64,000 nt of DNA from Spironucleus salmonicida. Taxonomy: Eukaryota. Positions 37,673 to 50,483 of this stretch are shown piece after piece; positions within the stretch are counted from its first letter, which is position 1; every line of letters begins with the position of its first letter. Under the pieces are notes generated by a model. It ran no database searches. It saw nothing but the letters and a program-made list of their open reading frames with translations, and was not told where the DNA came from. The stretch lies in the NCBI RefSeq assembly GCF_000497125.1, contig NC_090598.1, positions 558,001 to 622,000 of the forward strand, given 5' to 3'. The position numbers were made by a program, and so were the translations under genes.

Positions 37673-38012
37673 TTCTGCAGATAAATATATTCATATCTTC
37701 TATTAGCTGTGCAATATTTTTTCATTATTAAAATGGAAATATAATTTTGCATATTAATGTCTAGTATTGTCTACTACACAAACTAGAAACCTAACATGTT
37801 TTTCCAAAAGACGGCGGGTGGTCTTTCAGCATAAATGCCCAACGACAGCCAAGAGCATGCGCCCGCAAGCCAGTAAAATCCTGGCACTGACCATCATACT
37901 TCTTCAAACTGACGTCCCTGTCGTGCGAAGATTCCATCCAGATATTTCATCCAGTCTGATCCTGAAAATTGTCTAAATGCACACTGAAAGCGCCCTTAAC
38001 CGCAAACAGGTC

Positions 38013-38768
38013 TCACTCCAGTAATGAAGCCTCCTCTTCATTGTCCGCACTGCGCCCGCTCTCGTCCGGGAACGCCTCGCGCTAAGTCTGCTCCGCGACG
38101 TCCCCGCGCGCAAGCTCCTCCGCCCGGCGGTACGGGCTGACGTCCTTCCACGCCACGTGCACGGCGTTCAGCTCGCTTACCACCTGCGCGAGGTAGTTCC
38201 CCGCAGTCAGTAACAGCACCAAATCGCGCGCTCGCGCCGCCGCCTGTAGCTGCACGACCACGCGTTGGTCCGTGAACTGCAGATGCTCGAACTGACGCCG
38301 CTGCAACAGCGTCTCCAAGTCCTTGCGGAGCTGCTGCGTGCGGATATCAAGAACTGAAAACTTGCCCTACACGGCAACCGCGACGGAGCACGGTAAGAAG
38401 GCAATGCGAGCTACCAGTTTCTACTGGATAAGAACGCCAGTTTCGATGCGGAAGAGGGCCTTGCGAACGGCCTGCTCGGTGCTCGCCAGCTGCCGGCGGT
38501 ACTTCTGCAGTACCGCCTCAGAGGTTCTGATAAAGTAGTCCAGATCCTTGTGGAACACAATAAGCTGCTGTGTGCTGATGTCGTTAAAGCAGAAAACTGC
38601 TTTCTGCACTCTGTAGGCTTCCTTATGCGATTTGATGTGAGGCTGCAGCGCAGAAATCGCCGACGAGAGGTTTTTCTAGCTGCTGATAATAACTTAGAGC
38701 AGTGCGGAGTCCTGACGCGATTTCTGCAAGAACTGTAGCGTTTTGAGCATGTCAGCCTCGTAGTCCAT
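38013..38768 (-). CDS. Hypothetical protein, 251 aa
   Basis: Supplied ORFs 38421 and 38082 join through TAG; mirror of 52477-53232. Confidence 0.75.
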
Positions 38769-38882
38769 TCTGATTTAAGAAATGAATAAAGCTAGGTTAT
38801 CACATATTATACAATAATATATATTTACTTTTTAAGACACAAATAACCCAATACGATCTAATCTCGCACAAACCAGTTAATT

Positions 38883-39962
38883 TCACTAATTGACCAGACC
38901 CACCACTCTCCTCATGACCTCAACGTCCCTCAGAAGCCCCCTACTCGTCTTGTTCAGCTGGCTCGCGCTCTCCATATATTTCAGGCCCTCTCTGACCTTC
39001 CCGCCGCCGCAGAGGCTCGCAGCGTGCATAGCGTGTATTTTGCTCTGCAGCTCCCGCGAAAAAGTGCTCGATTTGCCCTGTTCGAGCTGAATTTCGTGCT
39101 TATTTTCGACGATTTTCATCATCTGCGACGTCAGAATCAGCGAGTCGTCGAATTGGCCCTTCCGGAGGTAAATTTGGGACATGAAAACCGTCGCGTCCAT
39201 GAAAAGCGGCGCCTTTTGGATGATCTGCGCGCACAAATCGAGCGCGGACTCGAACTCCGGTGTCGGCCTGTTGGCGTAGTTCTTGGCCTGTTTGAGCATG
39301 ATCTGGACCGGCTGCGACTTGATATCCGGAATTATCGGCCCTGTTTGGTCGTCAAAGTACATGTCGCGATTGTCGCGCGCCGGGACGGCGTACTTGCGCT
39401 TCGTGAAGGTCGCCGTGAGGCTTACGGTGTTCGAATTTCGCGGCTCTGGGAGCTGCTATATAGCAGCAGTTTTGGGGTCGAAATTCGATGTCAGAATGCG
39501 CTTCGCGTCGTCGATTTGGCGCTACTTCAGGAGGCGCATTTCGTTGCGCTCCTGCTGCCTACCGAGCATCTGCTTCTCCTCGGCCTCGTGCTATGCCTGG
39601 GCCTTGATGTCGTTCGATTCGCGCGCCAGCTGCTGGTTCTGCAGCTGCAGGCGCTGGAACGCGGCGTTCCTGACCGCGAGCTGCTCGCTCTGCGCGAGGT
39701 GCCGGACGATTTCGCCCCAGCTCCCGTCCGCGCCCTTCTGGATCTCGAGCCTCAGTTGCTGCTTCTTGGCCCTGCATACCGAGTTTTGGGGCGAAACGCG
39801 GTGCGCGAAGTCCAGCACGAGCTGGTGCGAGGGCGCGATCAGCGAGAGGTAGGAGTCCGTGAGCGTGATCTCGATGTCCGTCGGCGGCAGCTGTGGGGGC
39901 AGCGCGACTACTACGAAAATCGCGGTGCTGGATTCTGAGATTTCGTATGCCAGGGAAAGCAT
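38883..39962 (-). CDS. DNAAF4: Dynein axonemal assembly factor 4 (DYX1C1/PF23)-like, 359 aa (copy 1)
   Basis: N-terminal CS/p23-like domain, coiled coil, LPEPRNSNTVSLTATFTKRKYAVPARD, TPR-like C-terminus. Confidence 0.75.
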
Positions 39963-40312
39963 TTTTAAAATGTGGAAGGGATGAAATACGCGTACGAATG
40001 CATAATCTCCACCAATTAGTGCTGTAGCATATAGCAAACGATATTTGGACGCATTGCACAAAATGAGTGCCTAGAAAGTCTCCAAAAGGGTAAAGCCCCC
40101 GCTAACGAATCTCTTAAAATACGCCGGCGGCGGGAGTGCGCCATAGCATGTCTGCGGGCCTTGTACGCGGCACAGGCGGCCAATCCTAGCCTAAACCCGG
40201 TGCTGGCGGAGCAGTTCTCAGCGAAATTTGGAGGCGTTGAGGGCAGTGAGCTATATGGAAAATGCCGTGCGCTGAATTGATTGAGAATGCAGTCAATTTG
40301 GTAAGTGACGGC

Positions 40313-40762
40313 TCATTCGTTCTCTTCTAGTGTCATTATAATCCTTTTCTTTGATTTCTTGTTTAGCCTGATAGATTCAGAGGTCACCACCTCTCGCTTC
40401 AGCAGCATAAAGTTCCGCCGAAAGGATCTCCCGAACCCTGGCTGCTCGTACTTGGCCTGCACTTGCTCTTTGGTAATATTCGTGTTGGCTAAATAGTATT
40501 CGTGGAGCGAACGGTACGACGGCTCCTGGGGAAACCCCAGCAAGGGATTGCCCTCTCGCGCTCGTATTTGCTCTAAAGAGTGTTTGGCCTGAATTCTTTT
40601 CTGCCTGTCGAGTTCCACTTGTTGCTTACAGAAGTATTCTTAGTCTCTCTCCTTGAGGAAAGGGGACTGAAGGTAATATTAGTACTCCGTCCTGCACACT
40701 TGCCTAAAGTATACCGGGCGCTGAAGTGCGGGTAAATGCGGACTGGTGAAGGAGAACGGCAT
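40313..40762 (-). CDS. Hypothetical protein, 149 aa
   Basis: Supplied ORF extended upstream through TAA to ATG. Confidence 0.65.
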
Positions 40763-41647
40763 TGTCCCTGCTTTTGAGCCTGCTAGTTTAGCACTACAAT
40801 AGATATAATATTAGTGTGGTGTCCTTTCCCTTAGGCGGATACAGTATAATAGAACCTATTGTTTACTATTTGCGTCACTGAGAGCTATGTAAAAACACGC
40901 AAAGACATGCGGTTCGGCTTAACCTACCCCTGCTGCCCATCAGTCCCGCAGCTACCATCATCCACCATTATGCATAGCTGGGAAATGCCACAGGCGCGGA
41001 ACGCCAACTAAACAATAATGGCGTAGTAATCGAGCGAATACTTACAAACGGCTGCCGCGCCTGCAGTGTAGGAGCTCCCATTATTAGTCCCGGATGGCTT
41101 TGCCACATTTAACCATCTGAACGCCGGCGCAAATGTTGCTTGTAGTTCCCATACCCTGGGCGCAGCCATAGCGTGCGCATCGGGAGGTACCTCCGCGGGG
41201 CCCGCACTAGCGTGCTTTGCAAGCGTCCCGGACGTTACCAAAGTATAGGCATGCGCGTAGTTGCTCTCCGCTGCATCAGACGCTAGTTGCGGACTAAACT
41301 CTAAGAATGCCGAGCCTGGGCGTATTAAATATATTTTGCAGGTTCTCTGGTGGCGCGCCGCCCCACAACGACACATCAACGAATATGGAGTGCCGTGTTT
41401 ATTATCAGCTTTGTACGCAGCCAGCTCACCAGCAGTCACGCCTACAAATAGTAGTTTATACCATACGCGACTTTGCCTTAATCGCATAATGCGAGCGTAT
41501 ACGCACACAAGGTCGCGATGAATGGATGCTGCACAGTTTCTATACACCGTGTTCAGCGCGTTTTGGAGGAAAACGGCTTCGAACCCCAATACTGCACAAA
41601 ATCAACAAATCAGGGATGCCAGTAAATACCTATTCTTGACTACGCCA

Positions 41648-43171
41648 TCACTCAACCGGCATCGCCCCCTAGTCGCACGCGTGTTTCCCACCGTCCTGCT
41701 AGCCGCCAGCCTCTTAACCCCCTTGCTGGTCGCCCCGCCAGCGCGCAACCTGCTCCCCGAACGCCCTGCTGCAGCTCCCAATCTGCGACACAATATCGAC
41801 CAAACAGACCCCCTTCAGATTCTTCATTCCCTGCAGGAAAATCAAGTTTCCAGCCTCATGCAAAAAGGTTTCAAACGCGAAAATTGAGCTCTCGGGGTCG
41901 ATTTTAATGCATTTGTCCAGTTTCATGCACTGGTTGCTGATCATCGCCTGCGCTTTGACGACCTCCGGGTGAATATTGGTCGTTTTCCCGGTCGTGATGT
42001 CCAAATAGCGCGTGAAGCGGCCGCAGGAGGTCAGAATCGGCGCGTAGCGCTCCGGGATCGGCCGCCGGCTCGCGATCTGCAGCACCCGCTCGCCCCAGTC
42101 GCTCAGCATCTGCTGCTGCTGCTGCGTGTTCTGGCGCTTGTGCTGCAGCGCCTCGCCCTTCTGGACAGCGCAAAACTCGCAGTTCAGCGCGCGCGCAATG
42201 GAGCCAATTTCGCCGCTTTCGAGCGCGGTCCAGCGGCCGAAATTCAGCAAATTCTCGCTAAATTGCAGCATTTCGATCTGCTCGATCTGCTCGATGTGGA
42301 GCGAAAAGATTTGCTACTCAAACTTGCTGCTGGCCAGTTTTTCGAGCGTAAGCACGCTGGCATTCGCTTGAAATTGGAATGGGGGTTCGATAACCGCGAA
42401 GGCGGTTATTTCGTCGATGGAGGGGGGCAGGGGGTAGATTTTTGACGGTTTGGGCTGGTGGTAGGTGGGGGTTGCCGTAAGCGGGGCCGCGAAGTGGTCA
42501 AAACTCGCCAATTTGAAGGACGTTGGGGCCTGGGCATTTTGAGCTGCATCCTACATATGCTAACCGATTTCTACGGCACCTTGCGACTCGGTTGCGGCGG
42601 TTTGGTCTTGTGGAATCTGCTTTTTCGCACCGGTTAGAGGCAGCTTCTAGCTCTGATAACTGCCCTTTACGTAGTCGCTGTAGCCGCCGTAGACGTTCTT
42701 ACGCACGCTTTTGCGTATTTCGTGCAATTCCTTCCCGCATTAAGTTGATTACTGCTCGTAAATTGAGCGAACTCTCGGCCTGTACTGGCTGCTTTTGGCG
42801 ACCTGGGCGTTGGCTTCTTTGCGGATTTTGATCTGTTTCTCCTCGCGCAGAAAGACGCTAATTTTCTCGAAATTGCTCATTTTGGACGCCCGGATCTCCA
42901 AATCGCTGTAGCAGGCGCGGATAAGGTCAAATTGCACCTGCTTGGTCGTCCCGCGCCTGAAAATTTTGCTGTGAAAGGTCTGCAGATTTTGAGAACTTTG
43001 GGACGTTTCAGCCTTGCACGCGCCCTGCTTTCCGCGGAAAAACACCTCCAGCAGGCCCTGAAACACCCTTAAAACGCTCTTGAACCGCACGGACTCGTAC
43101 TTCACGTACTTTGCCAGGTTGCGCGGAATTATGTAATGTTACTTTCTTTATATAGTGATAAGCCCGGACAT
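41648..43171 (-). CDS. 5'-truncated copy of the 47777-49597 gene with an 18-codon new N-terminus (chimeric ORF or pseudogene), 507 aa
   Basis: Homology stops at 43117; in-frame ATG at 43171 gives MSGLITIQRKQHYIIPRN-LAKYVKYES. Confidence 0.5.
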
Positions 43172-43691
43172 TATATATTAGAAACCGTGGATTATCGTGA
43201 GTAGTGTAGCTAGTCATCTGTGGAGAGTGTTAATCAATTTTCAAACAGACAATATATTGAAGCATAGAAATACTGATAAATAATAACTATATTAAGACAT
43301 TTAGAAGGGGTGTATTTGATATACGCTAATTTGCCGAAACTATTTGATGTAATGTTAGAGTATGAGATTGCTCATAAAATCAAAATTATATATTGTTATT
43401 ATATTAAATTTAAATATAAATTTCGATAGTAAATAGTATTGCTAATATATATTAAAGATATTTTGTTAGAATTACTATAAATTAAGATATCAATAAAATA
43501 TAATCTGTTAAGTATTACTTTTAAAATTAATTAAATAATTTTTTTAAAGTGTTATTTTTACCTTATTTCTCTATGGTAAAAGTTTGTTTTTATTATTAGT
43601 TTCTATAGTATTTTTATCTAAAATTATCTTAATGGAATTACTAAGAAGTATATACTTAAAAAAATATATACTAGTTTCTAAAGTTTTCAAA

Positions 43692-44063
43692 ATGACAAAC
43701 GTCGAAGTTTTACCAGACCTCCCTCTAATGAGTGATACATAACCACAGGCAGCCCCTTAAATAATTATGCCAGCCTAGTTAATAGCTGTATAACCAGTTC
43801 AAGGGTAATAACCGCTCACCATCTATGATATTTATTGCAAGTGTGTTACACCCTAGTTTGACTCCTGCCACAAATGCGTAGGGTGCTGCACAGCATGCTT
43901 CCCAGGATGGGGATTATGCTGTTGTATTTGTTCATATGGTGCCGATAAGATAGATAAATGTGACGTATGTCTTTCTGGTATTGTTATGTGGCTTACAGCT
44001 CAATTTGTAGTAGGTTATGTAATGGCCTGTATTGTAGGTTGTAAAATGTGTTATGGAGGCTGA
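43692..44063 (+). CDS. Small Cys-rich membrane protein, Spec3/Stum-like pattern, 123 aa
   Basis: P/Q-rich start; CFPGWGLCCC...GIVMWLTAQFVVGYVMACIVGCKM. Confidence 0.8.
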
Positions 44064-44096
44064 TTAATATTTATTGTATATTTATTTAATATATAT

Positions 44097-44534
44097 TCAC
44101 TTCCTTGTAATTACTTATAAATCTAGTAGATTTAATTTGGATGACTATTTCCTTTAAGGTGACTTAAGAATAGTAGAACTAGAGGTATTTCGTCTAATAC
44201 TGGATGTAGAATATAATTGTCGGATCGAACTTAGTTTTTATGCAGCTTTTTCTACAGATAATATCTCCTTATCTGATAATGCAGCAAACTATTTTAATTC
44301 CATTAATTCATGTACTTATTGTGTTTTCTGCCTCTTAATATATGTATCTTAACTTTTTTATCGTGATGTTTAGTGTTAAATTTAAACTTCTTATAAAGGA
44401 AAAACTACTTGAGGATAATTACAAGTATAATTCTTACTTTCTAAAGTATTTTCCAAAGTTCTTACTTTTTAAATACTTGCAATAAACTTTGTATCCATGT
44501 TAAATGCATAAGTCATAATTGCATTTTCATTCAT
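44097..44534 (-). CDS. Hypothetical protein, 145 aa; paralog of 37247-37672 and 53573-53998
   Basis: LSDKEILSVEKAAQKL; AAG-TGA end. Confidence 0.85.
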
Positions 44535-44686
44535 TTGAGGTTTGCTATATATGTATATTAAATAAAAAGTATCTAATTTGTTTTTAGTTTTTAATGCAAA
44601 AACGCATTACTTAACTTATTATATAGGCTAAATATAATAAAATATAGAAACCAATATTCAAAAATATTAATAACGAAATAAATGCT

Positions 44687-45139
44687 TCACATTGTGCGTC
44701 CTAAGAACATGCGGCCGTATGCCTAACTGAATCTATCGCTAGTCATCATAGTTCTCTAAATCTTCCCCTTGTTCTTTAAATTAATGATTCCTTAAGTAGA
44801 GTTTACTTTGCTATTATCTGGCGTCAGTGGTTGTAAATGATCTAAATAACTATCTTTATCTTTACGTAAAATAGTTATTTTAGTATCACGTAAACTAGAG
44901 CGGGTACGATATCTACCAGGGTCTAATTTATCTGAGTTTTATAATTAAACTAATTCAGTTGAGGTAAGTCTATTATGTTTGTTTTAAGTAAATGATGGAA
45001 TGGTTTTTTATAAAAATCTTTGGTTAGGCTCGTAGTAGTTAGGAGATATCGTATCTTGAATAAGAAAAGGTAAACGTGTTGAGGATAATGATTTTTCAAC
45101 TATTCCAGGAGAAGGAATAAAAGATGACTTATTAAACAT
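44687..45139 (-). CDS. Hypothetical protein with PG/PxxY-like motifs, 150 aa
   Basis: Open frame; SPNYYEP, DPGRYR. Confidence 0.7.
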
Positions 45140-45367
45140 TTAATAGAAAATCATTAAATTATTGTATGCTGATATTTAATTATTTATTTTTAAGTTTTTT
45201 AGGCGTAAGACAAAGAAATGTATTTATTATGAAATTTGATAATTTAATCATTATTATTACCATATTAAATATTATATGTAATATAAATTATTTATTATTG
45301 AGAATATTAATTTTTTAAATATAATATATTATTATTATATTATATCTTATAAATTTTCATTCCAGAA

Positions 45368-47668
45368 ATGACTTCTGATAAATTTTCTGAGCTTTTCTAA
45401 CATCAGCAAGAAACTGTTGAATTTGCAATATCAAAATTTTAGACTAAGCACGGAATTCTTATAGCGCATGCCCCGGGCCTCGGAAAAACTCCAATTTCTT
45501 GCGTTATCATAAAAGAGCTAATGCTGCAGAAAAAAGTGCGATTCTCGCTCGTAGTGGCCCCAAAATCAGTCCTATTGCAGTGGAAGCAACATCTCCAGGA
45601 ATGGGCTCAATCGAGCGTATGCTACTATCAGGGCGCGCAGCGCGCGGAAGCCTTTCGGCAGTTTCTGAAGGGCAGCTGCGGCATCTTCTTGACGACCTAC
45701 CAGACGCTAATTAACGACATCGAAATCATCAATTCCGCGGTTCTGAAGCGCCGCGCGGCGTTGGAAGTGCGCGAAATGGTCCCAGAGGCTCGTTTCGGCA
45801 ACGAAATTGTCGACGCAATCTACGCCGAAATCGGCTCTCAGTAGGCCGCTAAAGCTAGCTAGTAGCACTTTGAGCACCGCGATGGGACTGCGTTCGATTT
45901 GGCGATTTACGACGAAATCACAGAGCTCAAAAACAACAAATCCCAGCGCTTTTGCGCTCTGAAACCCCAGAAAATCCACTTCAAAATAGGCCTCACTGGA
46001 ACGCCGGTCATGAACAACATGGCTGAGCTGTTCAATATTGTCGAGTTTCTGGAGCCAGGCTTTCTGGGCTGTAGGCGGCGTTTTCTGAAGACTTTCGGAG
46101 ACAAAATCTCGTTGGCGAAGTTGCGGGATGCGTCTAGAGAGGAAAAGGCCGTCGGGCGCACTTTTGCGAAAAATTTGGTTAATGAGCTTAGTGATATCAT
46201 GATCCGATTCACAAAGGATAAACTGCAAGCAATAAAAGCCAATAAAGCAGAAATTCAGGTGTGGATCGATTTTTCGCCTTTATAAAAATTGTGCTACGAA
46301 CAGTATATTTCTAGCCCTCATTTTATCCACAGAAATATCGAAAAAGGCTCACTAAGTCATATGATTTCCTTAAGAAAAATTTGTGACCATTTGTATAAAG
46401 CACATGCAAATGATCTGCCTATTTAAAAGGAAGTTAGAGATTTTGTCATGTAAAATACACCTGAAAACATACGCAAATATATAGAATAGGAATCAGAAAA
46501 TACTGAACCTACGTATAATGATTAAAACTAATTTATTGGCGATCCTTCTGAAGTAGATATAAATTCTTCTTTTTCAGCAAAATTTGATATTTTGTTGTAG
46601 TTTCTTCATTCGTTTTAAGAACGTAGTTTAAAAACGATAGTTTTCTCTGAGTCGCTTACAACTCTCAATATAATAAAAGAATTACTTCCAGATACTTTAC
46701 CCCAGCCATTAGAGATTAATGGAAAAACCCTTACAACAGAAACTCGAACTAGAGTATGTGTTGCTTTTAATAAATCTAAATCCTTTTAAATTTTGTTAAT
46801 AACGACACGTGCTGGAGGTGTGGGGCTTAATATTTAGGGTGCATCTAGAATAATACTATTCTCACCTAATTTTAACCCATAATTAGAAGAATAAGCTATT
46901 AGTAGAGCCTGGAGAATTGGCTAAAAATCGGATGTTTTCATATACAAATTTCTTATGCGAAACTCTATTGAGGAGGTTATGGTTGCCCGTTAGTTACACA
47001 AAATATAAATAGCAAATGCAGCAACACAGGACATTTTAGCATAGATTAAGGTATAATACGATGATATTTAGAAGCTTTTTGATGTTCGATACGACGGGGA
47101 ACATTATAATAAAAAATTAATTACTAAAGTTGATGGAGTAGAAAAATTATTATCTTAAATGTTCAATTTTGATGAGTGGGAAGTTGGCAAGGACAAGGAG
47201 GAAATATAAATGCAAAAATCTATTTAAAAAGAAGGTAAATGTGATTTTGCTCTTTTTTACGACTAACAAGTAGAAGTAGTTTCAAGTGATGATGAATATT
47301 AAGACGATGTGGACTTAATTTAACAATTACGAGATGAATATTAAGAAGAAAACTATGTTAAAAGTGGACGTGTAAGAATAGTTACTAGCAAAAGCTCTCA
47401 AAGCGAATATGATTCTGCACATAGTAGCTAGTTCAGTGATGAGGGAAGTGGTACATTGATAAAATTTACCAATAATAATAATAAATCCATCTGTGATGAC
47501 ATAGACAAGGAAAACTCGTCATTAATTGTTATAGATGTCTGCGAGGACACTGTATCTATGCCAAAATAAACTGAAATTGAATATGTCGATATTTCAGATG
47601 ACTCTAGTATAACAGCAATTGAGCGTTCAATGAAACAACCAGAATCTAGCTATGATGACATAAGGTGA
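45368..47668 (+). CDS. SNF2-family ATPase, ERCC6/Rad26/PICH-like, 766 aa
   Basis: HAPGLGKT, VVAPKSVLLQW, DEITELKN, LTGTPVMNN, TTRAGGVGLNI, QAISRAWRIGQ. Confidence 0.93.
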
Positions 47669-47776
47669 ATATTAATGTAATTCTTCATTTTAAAACAATT
47701 TTATTTTTCGCTTATAAATTTTGGTGATATAACAATATAATAACATTAATTATTTCCGCTTCCAAAACCTACAAAA

Positions 47777-49597
47777 ATGCAACATGAACTCGCAGAGCTA
47801 CTAATAACGACATAAATTAGGCGCATTCACGCCATCCAGCACATGCATTCAATTGCACGATAGCTCGCCGCTCCACCCCATGTATCGACGCACAAGTCGG
47901 CTCTGCAGACAACACAGACGGATATAATTCAAATCTCGAATTCCGAAGCCAACCGCCTAGAACTCGAAGTTAAACTGATATAAGCATCTCTCCAAAGCGA
48001 ATTTGATCCGGACGAATTTCTGCCATTCGAGCTGAAAATGGAGCAGTTTTGCTCTGGGAACACGCTGCGGGACGTGTTTATGCTCGCCAATTTGTTACAG
48101 ATGGAATTTCTTGATGTGTTTTAGAATCTGGCAAAGTACGTGAAGTACGAGTCCGTGCGGTTCAAGAGCGTTTTAAGGGTGTTTCAGGGCCTGCTGGAGG
48201 TGTTTTTCCGCGGAAAGCAGGGCGCGTGCAAGGCTGAAACGTCCCAAAGTTCTCAAAATCTGCAGACCTTTCACAGCAAAATTTTCAGGCGCGGGACGAC
48301 CAAGCAGGTGCAATTTGACCTTATCCGCGCCTGCTACAGCGATTTGGAGATCCGGGCGTCCAAAATGAGCAATTTCGAGAAAATTAGCGTCTTTCTGCGC
48401 GAGGAGAAACAGATCAAAATCCGCAAAGAAGCCAACGCCCAGGTCGCCAAAAGCAGCCAGTACAGGCCGAGAGTTCGCTCAATTTACGAGCAGTAATCAA
48501 CTTAATGCGGGAAGGAATTGCACGAAATACGCAAAAGCGTGCGTAAGAACGTCTACGGCGGCTACAGCGACTACGTAAAGGGCAGTTATCAGAGCTAGAA
48601 GCTGCCTCTAACCGGTGCGAAAAAGCAGATTCCACAAGACCAAACCGCCGCAACCGAGTCGCAAGGTGCCGTAGAAATCGGTTAGCATATGTAGGATGCA
48701 GCTCAAAATGCCCAGGCCCCAACGTCCTTCAAATTGGCGAGTTTTGACCACTTCGCGGCCCCGCTTACGGCAACCCCCACCTACCACCAGCCCAAACCGT
48801 CAAAAATCTACCCCCTGCCCCCCTCCATCGACGAAATAACCGCCTTCGCGGTTATCGAACCCCCATTCCAATTTCAAGCGAATGCCAGCGTGCTTACGCT
48901 CGAAAAACTGGCCAGCAGCAAGTTTGAGTAGCAAATCTTTTCGCTCCACATCGAGCAGATCGAGCAGATCGAAATGCTGCAATTTAGCGAGAATTTGCTG
49001 AATTTCGGCCGCTGGACCGCGCTCGAAAGCGGCGAAATTGGCTCCATTGCGCGCGCGCTGAACTGCGAGTTTTGCGCTGTCCAGAAGGGCGAGGCGCTGC
49101 AGCACAAGCGCCAGAACACGCAGCAGCAGCAGCAGATGCTGAGCGACTGGGGCGAGCGGGTGCTGCAGATCGCGAGCCGGCGGCCGATCCCGGAGCGCTA
49201 CGCGCCGATTCTGACCTCCTGCGGCCGCTTCACGCGCTATTTGGACATCACGACCGGGAAAACGACCAATATTCACCCGGAGGTCGTCAAAGCGCAGGCG
49301 ATGATCAGCAACCAGTGCATGAAACTGGACAAATGCATTAAAATCGACCCCGAGAGCTCAATTTTCGCGTTTGAAACCTTTTTGCATGAGGCTGGAAACT
49401 TGATTTTCCTGCAGGGAATGAAGAATCTGAAGGGGGTCTGTTTGGTCGATATTGTGTCGCAGATTGGGAGCTGCAGCAGGGCGTTCGGGGAGCAGGTTGC
49501 GCGCTGGCGGGGCGACCAGCAAGGGGGTTAAGAGGCTGGCGGCTAGCAGGACGGTGGGAAACACGCGTGCGACTAGGGGGCGATGCCGGTTGAGTGA
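47777..49597 (+). CDS. Hypothetical protein, 606 aa (full-length copy; enters IR2 at 48128)
   Basis: Supplied ORFs 48140, 48734 and 48974 share one frame joined by TAA/TAG. Confidence 0.8.
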
Positions 49598-50483
49598 TGG
49601 CGTAGTCAAGAATAGGTATTTACTGGCATCCCTGATTTGTTGATTTTGTGCAGTATTGGGGTTCGAAGCCGTTTTCCTCCAAAACGCGCTGAACACGGTG
49701 TATAGAAACTGTGCAGCATCCATTCATCGCGACCTTGTGTGCGTATACGCTCGCATTATGCGATTAAGGCAAAGTCGCGTATGGTATAAACTACTATTTG
49801 TAGGCGTGACTGCTGGTGAGCTGGCTGCGTACAAAGCTGATAATAAACACGGCACTCCATATTCGTTGATGTGTCGTTGTGGGGCGGCGCGCCACCAGAG
49901 AACCTGCAAAATATATTTAATACGCCCAGGCTCGGCATTCTTAGAGTTTAGTCCGCAACTAGCGTCTGATGCAGCGGAGAGCAACTACGCGCATGCCTAT
50001 ACTTTGGTAACGTCCGGGACGCTTGCAAAGCACGCTAGTGCGGGCCCCGCGGAGGTACCTCCCGATGCGCACGCTATGGCTGCGCCCAGGGTATGGGAAC
50101 TACAAGCAACATTTGCGCCGGCGTTCAGATGGTTAAATGTGGCAAAGCCATCCGGGACTAATAATGGGAGCTCCTACACTGCAGGCGCGGCAGCCGTTTG
50201 TAAGTATTCGCTCGATTACTACGCCATTATTGTTTAGTTGGCGTTCCGCGCCTGTGGCATTTCCCAGCTATGCATAATGGTGGATGATGGTAGCTGCGGG
50301 ACTGATGGGCAGCAGGGGTAGGGTTAAGCCGAACCGCATGTCTTTGCGTGTTTTTACATAGCTCTCAGTGACGCAAATAGTAAACAATAGGTTCTATTAT
50401 ACTGTATCCGCCTAAGGGAAAGGACACCACACTAATATTATATCTATTGTAGTGCTAAACTAGCAGGCTCAAAAGCAGGGACA

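Larger units (their letters stand above)
35135..43117 (+). repeat. Inverted repeat IR2, left arm (~7.98 kb); partner 48128-56109
   Basis: Reverse-complement match (coordinate sums 91244-91246); only about a dozen differences spotted by eye. Confidence 0.97.

Noticed and set aside
39024-39938. 304 aa plus-strand ORF (mirror 51308-52222)
   Set aside because: Antisense shadow of the DNAAF4-like gene
41008-41589. 193 aa ORF (mirror 49656-50237) and the opposite-strand open frame
   Set aside because: Non-ATG start, no recognisable motif, both strands open as expected with one stop codon; left unassigned
45480-46270. GC island coinciding with the IR2 symmetry centre (~45622) as a structural signal
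   Set aside because: The IR1 centre (~12710) is AT-rich and similar islands occur elsewhere; probably coincidence
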